The notes below the pieces were generated by a model that did no database searches, was not told the origin of the DNA, and saw nothing but the letters and a program-made list of their open reading frames with translations. The translations under genes were made by a program, and so were the position numbers. Shown piece after piece: positions 39,949 to 49,862 of a stretch of 64,000 bases of DNA. Origin of the DNA: a virus. Positions within the stretch are counted from its first letter, which is position 1; each line of letters opens with the position of its first letter. The stretch is from IMG/VR virus record IMGVR_UViG_3300047325_000170, positions 47,161 through 111,160 of that record; one strand, written 5' to 3'.

Positions 39949-42433
39949 GGCGAATTACTAAGGAACATTCACATCTGGGATGCAGCGTCGGGGCAGCACT
40001 GAGCCTGCGGCGAGCGGAGCTTTGGTTCTCCCAGAGGTCGGGTGCAGCCAGGCACTCATCGCAGCACTCGGCCTCCCGCGCAAGCTGCAGGGGGACGCCC
40101 GTGAGGTGGGCAGCGGAGGCGTAGCCGAACCAGTAGCTCTGCGGAAGCTCGGTGTTGGCGATGATCTCCAGGCGGTAGCGGACACCATCGAAGATCGCAT
40201 TGACCTTCGCGGGGAGGTCTTTTGGATCAGCCGTGTTCTTGATAGCCCGGATCGTCGGGCGCGCGAGATCTCCCACGAGGCGATTGACGGTTCGCTCATT
40301 GAACTCCGTCAGTGCCGCCCGTTCACTTGTGAAGGGATCGGCGAGCGCGGGAAGCTCGCTCTCATCCCAGAAGCGGGCGACCCCCGCATGGAAGGCCGGC
40401 TGGAGGTAGCGCTGCGAGAGGGTTAGAATGCGCCCCTTCACGAGCTCAAAGAGGAGCTTTGAGAACTGCGGCTCCTCCTCCGGGGTCATGTTGATATGCA
40501 ACTGGCCCTGCTCGATACTGGCGCCCCGGAGATCTTCAAAGAGCTCACCGATCTCCGTATAGAAGCCAGCCAGGCTCGTCGTCATGTCGACGGAGTGCGC
40601 GGAGACGTCTTCAGAGAGGAAGAGACCCTCGCCCTTGCGCTTGGGACCGAGACGCTTGCCATGCTGATTGGCGGGGCGGTTCTTATTATCGGTTCCCTTG
40701 GACGTCGTCTTCGGATCAGCGCTCGGTCCTGGAGGGAGGGCGAAGTGCCCCTTCGGTGCAGCAACAGGCTTCTTGACCTGGGTCGTCTTCGCAACGGTCC
40801 GCTTGCCGCCGCCTGTTGTGACCGCGTGCTTTGTGGTCGTAATAGCGTGGGCGCCCTGCGCAGCACCCTGCTCGGGCGGAGCATCAAGCTCCTTTTGCTT
40901 GAGCTTGAGATCCATATCGGAGTGATCGCTGAGATCAGCGGCGGCGTTCATGTCAGCCTTGTGCTTCTGAAGCATGATCTTGCCGTGGTCTTCAAGGTCC
41001 GTCGTGCCTGTGAGCTTGACGATATCCTGCGGGATCAGGAAGCGGGTCAGGTAGGTATCATCCCACTGTGCTTCGGTGAAGGGCTGAAGACCAATGCGCT
41101 TACGGAACTCCGAGAAGGTGAGGGCATTGGCTTGGAGGAGCGCAAGGTTGTGGGCTTCACGCTTGATCTGTGACTCGACTTCGATCTCTTCAAAGATGAG
41201 TTCGGCCCAGTTCTTCTCGATGTCCTCATAGAGTTCAAAGCCGCCCTCTTGGAGGATCTCGCGGAAGATCTCCTGAGAGATCGAACGTGAGAGGACGTTC
41301 TGGAAGTGCTTGATCTGATCGTGCATCTCGACGGACATCGCATCAGCCGTTGAACGGTTGGCCGTATCACCCTGGCCCATCGCGACACCCGAGACTCCGA
41401 GCCCGGAGAAGGACCGGTTCTGGAAGTGCTCGAGGTAGGGTTCGAGGTTGATTGCCTCACCTTCGGCACCGACCACGTTGAACTCAACAGACTCCGACGT
41501 AACGAGGGTGGCATCCGGCGGCGCATTGGCAACGAGCTTCTTGTAATAGTCGAGTTGTTCTTCGGTTGCTTGGAAGCCCGGCGTTGGCTCACCCACCCGT
41601 ACTTGGGTGAAGGGAAAGGCAAAGCGAAAGGCCAGGCGCGAGGTGTGGTCCTCGATAGTCCGCAGCATACGAACATCATCAAGGACGGGCCCAAGGAAGG
41701 GCGCCCCATACGCAAAGCCATCCTCGCGATCCGTCGTAATGTGAATGATCTCATCAGGCGTAAACTCAACGCGCTGCTTGGGATCTTGGGGACGGGCCTT
41801 TGCTCCCCAGGGCCATTGCTCGTAGCGAATGACATTATTGTTGGGATCACGCACCGCGCGCATCGTCGCGGGGTGGAGGAGTTCATACGCAGCGATAGGA
41901 TCTTGCGGGACAAGGATCGGCTTTTGATCTTCCTTGCCCTTTTGCTTAATCGCCGGAACGCCCTTGACGTTCACTCCCTTGGGGAGGGTGGGCTGCTTGC
42001 GACGATTCTTATAGAGGTAGACATTCGCATAGGTGACGAGATCCCGCGCAATGTCCTGGAATAAGGCGTCGATATGATCGTGCTTCGGGTCGGCATCGAT
42101 GATGAGACGCAGGCGAACCTTGAGATATTTGTCGATAGCCGGTTTGAGCGTGAGGATCTTATAGCCACGTAGGAAGATACCGTTCGTGAACTTCGTGACC
42201 GTCTGCTTGATGTAGCCGTCGGTCTGTACGCCCTGGTGAATAGCGTAGAGGTTGGAGAGCGGCTCCTCGAAGATCTCCTGAGGACGACGGCGCGTGTAGC
42301 CATCCCAGGGACCACGTGTCGGAGAGATCTGGCGTGACTGATAGGGCTTCGTCCGAGGCGAGACAAACTCAACGGCTGCGGGTGCAGACGTCTTCGTCGG
42401 TACGACAAGCTCTTGGTTCAGAAAGTCCGCCAA
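39938..42433 (-). CDS. Portal protein with C-terminal MuF-like domain
   Basis: DLVTYANVYL, EIIHI..DREDGFAYGAP, LGVS...G.GDTANRSTA; C-terminal RLEIIANTE...CCDEC...LHPRCEC. Confidence 0.8.
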   Translation of the reverse strand: MADFLNQELVVPTKTSAPAAVEFVSPRTKPYQSRQISPTRGPWDGYTRRRPQEIFEEPLSNLYAIHQGVQTDGYIKQTVTKFTNGIFLRGYKILTLKPAIDKYLKVRLRLIIDADPKHDHIDALFQDIARDLVTYANVYLYKNRRKQPTLPKGVNVKGVPAIKQKGKEDQKPILVPQDPIAAYELLHPATMRAVRDPNNNVIRYEQWPWGAKARPQDPKQRVEFTPDEIIHITTDREDGFAYGAPFLGPVLDDVRMLRTIEDHTSRLAFRFAFPFTQVRVGEPTPGFQATEEQLDYYKKLVANAPPDATLVTSESVEFNVVGAEGEAINLEPYLEHFQNRSFSGLGVSGVAMGQGDTANRSTADAMSVEMHDQIKHFQNVLSRSISQEIFREILQEGGFELYEDIEKNWAELIFEEIEVESQIKREAHNLALLQANALTFSEFRKRIGLQPFTEAQWDDTYLTRFLIPQDIVKLTGTTDLEDHGKIMLQKHKADMNAAADLSDHSDMDLKLKQKELDAPPEQGAAQGAHAITTTKHAVTTGGGKRTVAKTTQVKKPVAAPKGHFALPPGPSADPKTTSKGTDNKNRPANQHGKRLGPKRKGEGLFLSEDVSAHSVDMTTSLAGFYTEIGELFEDLRGASIEQGQLHINMTPEEEPQFSKLLFELVKGRILTLSQRYLQPAFHAGVARFWDESELPALADPFTSERAALTEFNERTVNRLVGDLARPTIRAIKNTADPKDLPAKVNAIFDGVRYRLEIIANTELPQSYWFGYASAAHLTGVPLQLAREAECCDECLAAPDLWENQSSARRRLSAAPTLHPRCECSLVIRLGS

Positions 42434-42443
42434 GCGGGGCCCC

Positions 42444-43460
42444 TTAACCTACGTGATAGAACTCCTCAGCCGCTAAGACTGGGTAGTCGCCTAGCCGTAC
42501 AAGGGTGAAGGCATCGTGCTCGTCGAGATCAACACGGATCAAGCTATCTTCCTTGATGTCCTGGCTAATGAGTCGCTTTGCGATGGGAGATTCGAGATGG
42601 CGGATAAGAGTTCGTTTGATCTCACGCGCCCCGTACTCCCGGCTGAAGCCTTCGCGGAAGAGCTTCGTTTGGAGCTTCTCGCCGAGTTCAATGCGCACGA
42701 GATGACGGGTCAGGCGACTATTGAGATCGGCGATGAGGCGCTCGAAGATCTTCTCTTGTTGCTCGAGGGTCAAGGGATCGAAGTGGACTTGGCCGGTAAG
42801 CCGGTTGATGAACTCTGGGCGGAAGGTCTTCTTCACTTCGGTCTGAACTTGCGCCCGGATCGAACTTTCCGAAGGGCGCTCGGGACGAAAGCCAAGGTCC
42901 TTACGATCACTGTAGTTCGAGGCGCCAACGTTACTCGTCAGGAAGATCAAAGCCTTACTGAAGTCGAGACGCCGGCCCTTACTGTCCGTCATGATCCCTG
43001 AGTCCATGACCGAGAGCCACGCATCGAAGAAGCGACTATGAGCCTTCTCGATCTCATCGAGCAAGAGGATGAAGCCGCCCTCGGGGTGAGAGATGTTCTC
43101 GATCTGCTTGACGAACATCGATGACTGGTCGCTGCCGACGTATCCCGGCGGGCTCCCAAAGAGCTTGGCAACTTCGTGATCGAGAGAGAACTCCGAGCAG
43201 TCGATGCGAATGAAGGCATCGGGCGGCTGCGTGAACTCCGCTAACTTCTCAACAAGCCAGGTCTTCCCGACTCCCGTTGGGCCAAGGAAGAGGAAGCTGC
43301 CAATAGGACGTTTCCCATCGTGTAGCCCCGCTTGATAGCGCTCGAGCGCTCCAAGGATCGCTTCGATAGCTGCTTCCTGCCCAATGACCGTTTCGTTGAG
43401 AAGATACTTGAGCTCAAAGAGCTGGGTCTGAAGATCTGCCCGGTCGTTAAGCTTTGCCAT
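42444..43460 (-). CDS. ClpA/B/C-type AAA+ ATPase, D2 domain only
   Basis: VIGQEAAI, RPIGSFLFLGPTGVGKT, RIDCSEF, LFGSPPGYVG, LLLDEIEKAH, FRPEFINR, YGAREIKR. Confidence 0.9.
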   Translation of the reverse strand: MAKLNDRADLQTQLFELKYLLNETVIGQEAAIEAILGALERYQAGLHDGKRPIGSFLFLGPTGVGKTWLVEKLAEFTQPPDAFIRIDCSEFSLDHEVAKLFGSPPGYVGSDQSSMFVKQIENISHPEGGFILLLDEIEKAHSRFFDAWLSVMDSGIMTDSKGRRLDFSKALIFLTSNVGASNYSDRKDLGFRPERPSESSIRAQVQTEVKKTFRPEFINRLTGQVHFDPLTLEQQEKIFERLIADLNSRLTRHLVRIELGEKLQTKLFREGFSREYGAREIKRTLIRHLESPIAKRLISQDIKEDSLIRVDLDEHDAFTLVRLGDYPVLAAEEFYHVG

Positions 43461-44769
43461 CAGGCAGCACCGCAGTGTAATGCTGGCCGGTGAGGATCAC
43501 CGGGATCATGTCGGGCTTGAGTGCTCCTGTTTCTGCGTTGAAGCTGATGCGCACAGTTCCCATCGGTCCAGGTGTATACCCCGCATCTCGGGCATAGCCA
43601 AGATAGGAGTGGAAGGTGGAGGTATAGACTCCATAGGACGTCTTGACATACCGACGCAAGTCTCCCGGCCGCACGCGCTCGGTGTGATTGGCGACGATGC
43701 CGGAGATGTGGTTATGGCCACAGGTGATGATGTCGGCATCGGGGCGGCCCGCAAGTTGCGCCTGCATCTTGTTGTATTGGGGCCCTGGCTTGTTTCCGGC
43801 GGGGAAACCGTGGATGTTGTAGGAGAGGTAGCTTTGATCTCCCACGTGGATCTTCGTCCACCCCTCAGTTTGGAGGTAGTGAACATCGAGCGTTCTGGCC
43901 ATCGTTTGAGCAGCATCGACAATGTTCTTGGTCGCCTTATCGAGGCGGTCTTCGTGATTCCCGCGTAAGATAAAGAGGATCTTGCGTGCCCGCGCAAGCT
44001 CGAGAAGATCATCGGTTGCGAGGGTGAATTGCTCCTGAACGGTCATCGACTGTTCGGCCATGACGCCAACAGAGACACCCGTGAGGAAGTCCACCATGTC
44101 GCCCTGGAAGGCGATGTACTCATCGTCGTGGTCCAGGACGTAGCTAAGGATGGACTTGAAAGCGCGGTAAGCGCAGGCATCCGTTCCAATGTGGACATCG
44201 CCCACGTGCCAGATCCCAAGGGTCGCCGTCTTCTTCGGATAGGGAAGGTAGATCGGCGTGATGCACTCGTTCTGCGCGAGGTCCGTACGAGACATGAACT
44301 CTTCGCGGATGCGAGCAGCAGTCTTGACGCGCGGCGAGTCGGTGAACGACGTGCCGCGGGGAAGGGTGATGTCTTCGGGAGCGGGCGCCTTCGGGAGGGT
44401 ATTCACCGAGATCGTCTGCTCGAAGTAGGCCGGCGAGAGATCGTACTGATTGGTCAGGCCCATAGCCATCCCGACACAGTCACGTCCGCGCTCGCGGTGG
44501 CTTTCAACACGACAGAAGAGACGACCGGGGCGATCACTGTAGAGATCGCATTCGGTTTCTGGCTTTTGTAGCAGAGGCTTATTGTGGTAGTCAGCCCCCG
44601 TATGAGGCAGCGAAGTCTTATAGGCAGACAAGTCGACCGGAGCTATATACTCCGGGTCGTGGATATCGCAATAGACTGGTTTGGGCTTCTGGTGCTTCGG
44701 GTATTGGAATGAAGATCCGCAATGGGTGCAGTACCCCAGGGAATACCCGGTACCTTTGAGCTTATTCAG
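43447..44769 (-). CDS. Calcineurin-like metallophosphoesterase with N-terminal Cys/His motif
   Basis: GDVHIG, GDMVD, GNHE, HG, GHNH; frame stays open 46 codons upstream of 44631 to a CTG at 44769, adding CTHC...CDIH. Confidence 0.8.
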   Translation of the reverse strand: MNKLKGTGYSLGYCTHCGSSFQYPKHQKPKPVYCDIHDPEYIAPVDLSAYKTSLPHTGADYHNKPLLQKPETECDLYSDRPGRLFCRVESHRERGRDCVGMAMGLTNQYDLSPAYFEQTISVNTLPKAPAPEDITLPRGTSFTDSPRVKTAARIREEFMSRTDLAQNECITPIYLPYPKKTATLGIWHVGDVHIGTDACAYRAFKSILSYVLDHDDEYIAFQGDMVDFLTGVSVGVMAEQSMTVQEQFTLATDDLLELARARKILFILRGNHEDRLDKATKNIVDAAQTMARTLDVHYLQTEGWTKIHVGDQSYLSYNIHGFPAGNKPGPQYNKMQAQLAGRPDADIITCGHNHISGIVANHTERVRPGDLRRYVKTSYGVYTSTFHSYLGYARDAGYTPGPMGTVRISFNAETGALKPDMIPVILTGQHYTAVLPDGKA

Positions 44770-44796
44770 TGGCCGAAGTTCCTGACTTGAGACAGC

Positions 44797-46338
44797 CTAG
44801 ACGAGGCCTGTCACATCGTTAAGGAGCGAACTTGCCGCAGCTGCCGGGTTACCACCCGTTGCCACATTGCCCCAGCTCTGGCCGCTTACGGGACCAGATA
44901 CTACTGTTAGTATATCAGAATTTATGGGCGGACGCGAAATAGCTAGACTAGGGACGCTTGGTAAGAGGCTACTTACGATCTGCCCCTGCAGATTTCCTTG
45001 AAGGCTAGCTGCTATACCTAGCCAGTTCCCAGAAGCAATGCTCTCAGCCTTCTGAAGGACCGAGATCAGCTCGTTAAGGACCTTGATAAGGTTGCGCAAG
45101 CGGTTGTTCACATCCGCGCTCCCCGTCTGGGTATTGGTGGCTTGGGTCTGCTGCTGAGCCATGCGGAAGAAGTCGAGGGCGTACTTGTTGAACTTGCCGA
45201 CCACGCCGTCGAGCAGCCCCGTAACCGCCGCGAACATTCCGTTGACCGCCGCGCCCCCGATTCCGCCGCCGAGGCCCGAGCCATACCGCACGAGACCGAG
45301 GATGGGGCTAAGCAGTTCGCTCTGGATGTGGGCGAAGGCCGCCATCGCCTGGCCTTCAAAGAGCATGAGGATCTCATCTCCAAGGGCGAGGAGCTGGGCC
45401 TCGATGCCCGCAACCGAGAGCCACGAACTTGCAGCGAAGACTTGGAAGACGGTCTCAAGGGTCTGCAAGATGCTGATGACCTCGCCAATTCCGCCGCCAG
45501 TTGGACCACCCCCGAAGAAGACGGGCTGGAGTCCGACCGCAAGGTTGAAGCCATCGGTCGGGATGGTCTGATTCACATTGACGGCGTTGACGATATTTTG
45601 AATGGAGTAGGCTGCTTCGCTCGTCGAACCACTCAGAGCATCCTGGGCCTTAACGTAGCCATCGACCTGCTCAGCATTCACATAGGAAGCGTTGTAGGTA
45701 ACGGCTGCGGTAATGTTCGTGACGTTCGAGAGTACGTCGCCCGACGTATTTCCAAGGTTGTAGCTCTGCAGGGCGGCAACGCGCTGGGAGAGATCCACAA
45801 CGTTTGAAATGTAGGGCTGATACTGGACAAGCGCGGGATAGACGAAGGCGTCGATCCGGCCATTGATCCCCCAATTGTAGTTGAGCCAGGAGGTCACAAT
45901 CGCCGTGCTGCCAGGGGCACTCGGGCTTGTAAGGGCGGTCTGCAAGTCCGAGAAGGTAATCGTCGTCTTGCCAATCGCGGTGAGATACGCGTAGTCGGCC
46001 GGCGAGAGGACATCGGGGTTAGCAACCGCGCTGACCGTCTGGAGATCTGCCTGGAGGGTGGCAAGGACGGAGGTCAGATGCTTCTGGACAACGAGGCTGT
46101 CGCGAACCGTTGCGATGACATTGAGCAAGTGGTCCGTGATTGCGGACTGCTCAACGCCTGCCTGGACGGGGGTGGGTACCGTCCCCGCCGGGGCCGCCGG
46201 ATTGGGTGGGACAGAGAAGTCTGGTTGGTAATCGAGGACGCCCTTGGCAACCAGGTTCTCGGCACTGACCTGGGCGGGGGTAAGATTCGGGACCGGTTCA
46301 GACTCCGGTCCCTCGACCTCTTCGGGCTCTTCGGCCAC
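44797..46338 (-). CDS. Hypothetical protein (513 aa), probably virion-associated
   Basis: Long ORF abutting terminase stop; hydrophobic helical C-terminal half. Confidence 0.65.
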   Translation of the reverse strand: MAEEPEEVEGPESEPVPNLTPAQVSAENLVAKGVLDYQPDFSVPPNPAAPAGTVPTPVQAGVEQSAITDHLLNVIATVRDSLVVQKHLTSVLATLQADLQTVSAVANPDVLSPADYAYLTAIGKTTITFSDLQTALTSPSAPGSTAIVTSWLNYNWGINGRIDAFVYPALVQYQPYISNVVDLSQRVAALQSYNLGNTSGDVLSNVTNITAAVTYNASYVNAEQVDGYVKAQDALSGSTSEAAYSIQNIVNAVNVNQTIPTDGFNLAVGLQPVFFGGGPTGGGIGEVISILQTLETVFQVFAASSWLSVAGIEAQLLALGDEILMLFEGQAMAAFAHIQSELLSPILGLVRYGSGLGGGIGGAAVNGMFAAVTGLLDGVVGKFNKYALDFFRMAQQQTQATNTQTGSADVNNRLRNLIKVLNELISVLQKAESIASGNWLGIAASLQGNLQGQIVSSLLPSVPSLAISRPPINSDILTVVSGPVSGQSWGNVATGGNPAAAASSLLNDVTGLV

Positions 46339-48234
46339 TTAGAACCCCGTACGTCGACCCTTATAGCCGCGGCCACCGCGCTGAAAGTAGTCTTGTTGAT
46401 CGAGCCTAGCCCTACTGCTCTCACCGGGGACGCCGGGGGCAGTCTTGATTTCCTCTGCTCGTATCATACCAGAACTAGCCAAACGCAAGTCTTCTTCGAG
46501 GTTCTCTTGCTCGAGCGCGGGATCTTCGGTCTTCTTGAGGTAGTTGGGGCGGCGCTTCTCTTTCTCGCCATCCGCTTGCTTCTTACGCTCCATGTAGCGT
46601 GAGCCGAGGGGTGGCTCGATGAAGGCTTTCAGCAAGCTGCCGTGGGTCTTGACCCCGTACTCACAGTAGAGGCCCCAGTTCGCCAGCATCAGGGCATCGA
46701 CGGCGTGCTCGTTCTCTGAGGTGTACTTGGGTTCACCGGAGACGGTGATACGCACGACGACATAGTTGATGAGCTGGTTCTTGAGTTCGTCATCGAAGGG
46801 AGACATCACCATCTCCCCCGCATCGAACTTGTTTACCAGGCGATTGACCATCTCGGGCTTGATGCGCCTTTTCTCAAGACGCTTGGAGGCAGGGTCGAGG
46901 ACCTCAACGCCTTCCGAGAAGTTGACCCGAACGATCTTCTTGTGCAGGTTCCAGGCGGGGTCAGTTGGGTCTTTACACTCCATACCGAGGCGAATCATCG
47001 CTTCGATCTGATGCTCTCCGTAGCCCGCATCCATGTAGTAGAAGTTCGGTGAGAAGAGCTTATTGATCTGCACCAGCTCCCTGACCGCATTGTCGAGGGT
47101 GAACTGTGACTTCGGGATCTCCTTGCGGTGGACGACCTTGATGTAGTCGAAGGGCTGCTCGAGAGCCTTGGAGTACGCATCCGATCCCACATCAGCTTTG
47201 CGTGCCTCGATGATGAGGATCTGGGTGCCCGCCCCGTACTTATCCCAGTCGACACCAACAATGCGATAGACCGAGTCATTACGGTCAAGGCGGTTAGCGT
47301 AGCCAAAGACTGGGTACTTCGGCGACATACCTGGGTAGGGGAAGTCATCAGCACCGCGGATCACCGCAGCGTCAATCGTGTCCTTGTTAAAGACACCCGT
47401 CGCTTCTTCGCCGAACTCAGCGAGGAATTCACGGGCAAAGGCGTCGACGGAGTACTGCTTACGGTACTCAAGCTCGAGATCTTCATTCCAGTTTGGAATG
47501 GCTTCGTAGCAGGTCTTGTGGAAGGCTTTCCACCCACGCGGAGGGTCGGTGCATAGACGGTAGAAGCGCTGCCGCTTACCGGTGGGCGTGGAAGTGAGGA
47601 TGACTTCCATGGTGGGATCCTGCGCGGGGATGGCGAGGATCGAATCGAGGTCAGCGTCGGTGAGGTAGTCGGCCTCGTCGATGTAGATCAGACCGACGCC
47701 GTGGCCTTGACCACGGACCGCATCGCCCTTGCCACCAGACTTGGTGCCGGCGGTGATGAAGTTGATGAAGCCGCCATTCTTGAAGCGGATAACGAAGGGA
47801 TTCTTGACGTCCTGATCGATGCTCTCGTTGAAGATCTCAGGCTTGGTGTCGATGAACTGCTGATGCATCGTATGGTAGAGCTCAGCGACCTGGCGCTCAA
47901 GGGGGGCCACAATAAGAACGCCCCGACCTTGCACGAAGCTCATGTGGAGTGACTTCACGATGCACATTGCCGACTTTCCGGCTCGTCGTGAGACTCGAAC
48001 GACCTTCTTAAGACCGGGGGTTTCGATGATCTCTTGTTGCCAGGGACGAGTTAACCATCCCTCAGTGACCTGCTTGAACTCGCGCTCGATGCCATCGACA
48101 TCGACGTAGCTCCGCAACTGAACCTTCGGTGGGAAGACCGTCTCCGCCCAGATAAGCGGGTACTTCAGAACTGCTTGGATAGCAGCCTGGTCACCCGACG
48201 TTAGATTGGTGAGGAGGTCCTTGGCGATAGCCAG
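46339..48234 (-). CDS. Terminase large subunit
   Basis: RPWQ, SRRAGKS (Walker A), IYIDEAD (Walker B), TSTPTG, REFLAEF, GVDWD, HAVDAL; start extended to CTG at 48234 behind GAGGT. Confidence 0.9.
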   Translation of the reverse strand: MAIAKDLLTNLTSGDQAAIQAVLKYPLIWAETVFPPKVQLRSYVDVDGIEREFKQVTEGWLTRPWQQEIIETPGLKKVVRVSRRAGKSAMCIVKSLHMSFVQGRGVLIVAPLERQVAELYHTMHQQFIDTKPEIFNESIDQDVKNPFVIRFKNGGFINFITAGTKSGGKGDAVRGQGHGVGLIYIDEADYLTDADLDSILAIPAQDPTMEVILTSTPTGKRQRFYRLCTDPPRGWKAFHKTCYEAIPNWNEDLELEYRKQYSVDAFAREFLAEFGEEATGVFNKDTIDAAVIRGADDFPYPGMSPKYPVFGYANRLDRNDSVYRIVGVDWDKYGAGTQILIIEARKADVGSDAYSKALEQPFDYIKVVHRKEIPKSQFTLDNAVRELVQINKLFSPNFYYMDAGYGEHQIEAMIRLGMECKDPTDPAWNLHKKIVRVNFSEGVEVLDPASKRLEKRRIKPEMVNRLVNKFDAGEMVMSPFDDELKNQLINYVVVRITVSGEPKYTSENEHAVDALMLANWGLYCEYGVKTHGSLLKAFIEPPLGSRYMERKKQADGEKEKRRPNYLKKTEDPALEQENLEEDLRLASSGMIRAEEIKTAPGVPGESSRARLDQQDYFQRGGRGYKGRRTGF

Positions 48235-48237
48235 ATG

Positions 48238-48663
48238 CTACCTCGGCTGCTTCGGTCCTACAAACCCGCGACGATACGGATTATAGGGGCCCTGCATGAG
48301 GTTCTGGGGACCAAATCGAGCACCCATGCGGCGCACTCCTTCGCTACCCTGGCGACGGCTAGCATAGACACTCATCGCTCCGCGGCCAGCAAGGCCCATA
48401 CCCATGCCCGTCATAGCACCGCGCATTGCTCCGCCACCACGATCATCAGAATCCGTAAGGCCGCCATACGCACCGCCAGCAGCGGCGTTGATACCCATAG
48501 ACTTCGCGACGCTACCGGGGCGCCAGAGAGCTTTGGCTCCATAGCCGCTATGTGCTGTACCGAAGCCACCCATTCTCGCCATCTGCGTTGCGACCGCGTC
48601 ACCCGACGGCACGCGCATCTTCGCTTTTGCTAAGAGACCACTAACTCCACTATACCAACCCAT
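48238..48663 (-). CDS. Gly/Met-rich hypothetical protein
   Basis: Co-oriented ORF, glycine-zipper-like segments. Confidence 0.6.
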   Translation of the reverse strand: MGWYSGVSGLLAKAKMRVPSGDAVATQMARMGGFGTAHSGYGAKALWRPGSVAKSMGINAAAGGAYGGLTDSDDRGGGAMRGAMTGMGMGLAGRGAMSVYASRRQGSEGVRRMGARFGPQNLMQGPYNPYRRGFVGPKQPR

Positions 48664-48666
48664 CAG

Positions 48667-49068
48667 CTATTTCCACCCTCTGCGATTCGCGAAGCCTCTC
48701 ATACCAGAACGCATATCCCCAAACAGTCCCATAGTCTGGCTCCCGACATCCTTACCAAATCGGCCACCCTTCATGCGCAAGAGGCGCATACCGCCGAGAT
48801 AGCCAGCTCCCGCAGCCGCACCAACAGATGCTCCCATAAGAAATCCCTTGCCTGCCCCGACGTTAGGATCCATCGAGCCCTGTATTGCTCCGGCGGCACC
48901 ATTAAGTGCAGCCGAGTAAGGGACATAGGTTCTCAGTGCCGAGCGGAAGAGCTTGGGGTTGTTGGCCATGGAGCCAGCCACAGATTTGCTAACCAAGTTG
49001 AGATGAAAGATCGCTCCCTTTGTTCCAAGGCTACCCGCTCTGTTTATTGCACTAGAAAAGACACCCAT
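48667..49068 (-). CDS. Gly/Ala-rich hypothetical protein
   Basis: RBS AAGGAG; GxxxG repeats. Confidence 0.65.
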   Translation of the reverse strand: MGVFSSAINRAGSLGTKGAIFHLNLVSKSVAGSMANNPKLFRSALRTYVPYSAALNGAAGAIQGSMDPNVGAGKGFLMGASVGAAAGAGYLGGMRLLRMKGGRFGKDVGSQTMGLFGDMRSGMRGFANRRGWK

Positions 49069-49083
49069 TCGACTGCTCCTTAG

Positions 49084-49515
49084 TTAGCGGTAACGGCTTG
49101 CGAACAAGCCGGCTTCTTGCCCCACGTATTGCCGTGCATTCATGCGACTCATCTGGATCGATTGGAGGGCACGTGCTCGTGAAGTCTGCGCGTAGGCGGA
49201 GTCTTGGAAGCGCCCGGGACCCATCGGCATCAGGTTACGTTGTGCCCTGCCTTGAGCGTTCTGGTACTGCTGATTGAGGATCGGGAAGAGGGGCGCGAGC
49301 TGGATCGCGGTCATGGGGAGCAAGAACTCATTCATGAGGATGGTCGACCCAATAGCCTTGGCAGCCGCGAGGACGGGGTTCATGCCCCGTGCTTCGTTAT
49401 CTTTATAACCAGAGTAGGTCAGGCCCGCGTTAAGCGCAAAGCCAATCGCTCCGGCAGCAGCAACATTCCCTGTTTTCTTGCCGACAAAGTCAACAACACC
49501 ACCAAAGGCACCCAT
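49084..49515 (-). CDS. Gly/Ala-rich hypothetical protein
   Basis: Start overlaps upstream stop. Confidence 0.65.
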   Translation of the reverse strand: MGAFGGVVDFVGKKTGNVAAAGAIGFALNAGLTYSGYKDNEARGMNPVLAAAKAIGSTILMNEFLLPMTAIQLAPLFPILNQQYQNAQGRAQRNLMPMGPGRFQDSAYAQTSRARALQSIQMSRMNARQYVGQEAGLFASRYR

Positions 49516-49853
49516 TACTGATTTAATCTATGTAAAGCAAAAACCAAATTTCCACTTGCTCCGAGGTCATAGCGATTGTCGCTGAGGCTATTGGGACGCT
49601 GCCGCTCTTCGGCTGGGCCAAAGGGGATAGCTTGGGTTTGATCAGAGCCATAGCTGAAGACCGCGTAGGCACCAATCGCGCCAGCAGTTGTCTGCATCGG
49701 ATGTTGCGAGGCCCAGCGAGCAATACCAAGCGCGCCGGCCGTGCCCTTCACGGCCATGCCGCCCTGGTTCTTGACCTGCTGGCCGAGCATTCCCATCCTG
49801 CGCTTTCCTGCCACGCTCATGCTCGAGGTGAGCTTGCTAAAGAGTCCAGCCAT
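49515..49853 (-). CDS. Hypothetical protein (112 aa)
   Basis: RBS AAGGA; co-oriented. Confidence 0.65.
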   Translation of the reverse strand: MAGLFSKLTSSMSVAGKRRMGMLGQQVKNQGGMAVKGTAGALGIARWASQHPMQTTAGAIGAYAVFSYGSDQTQAIPFGPAEERQRPNSLSDNRYDLGASGNLVFALHRLNQ

Positions 49854-49862
49854 GTTATGTCC

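Noticed and set aside
44769-49068. Amber (TAG) recoding or readthrough, suggested by in-frame TAG junctions at 48667, 48238, 44797 (and 63919)
   Set aside because: ORFs of 1700-3300 aa contain no TAG, and in-frame junctions also occur with TAA (46339, 17849, 18929, 12346), so tight packing explains it.
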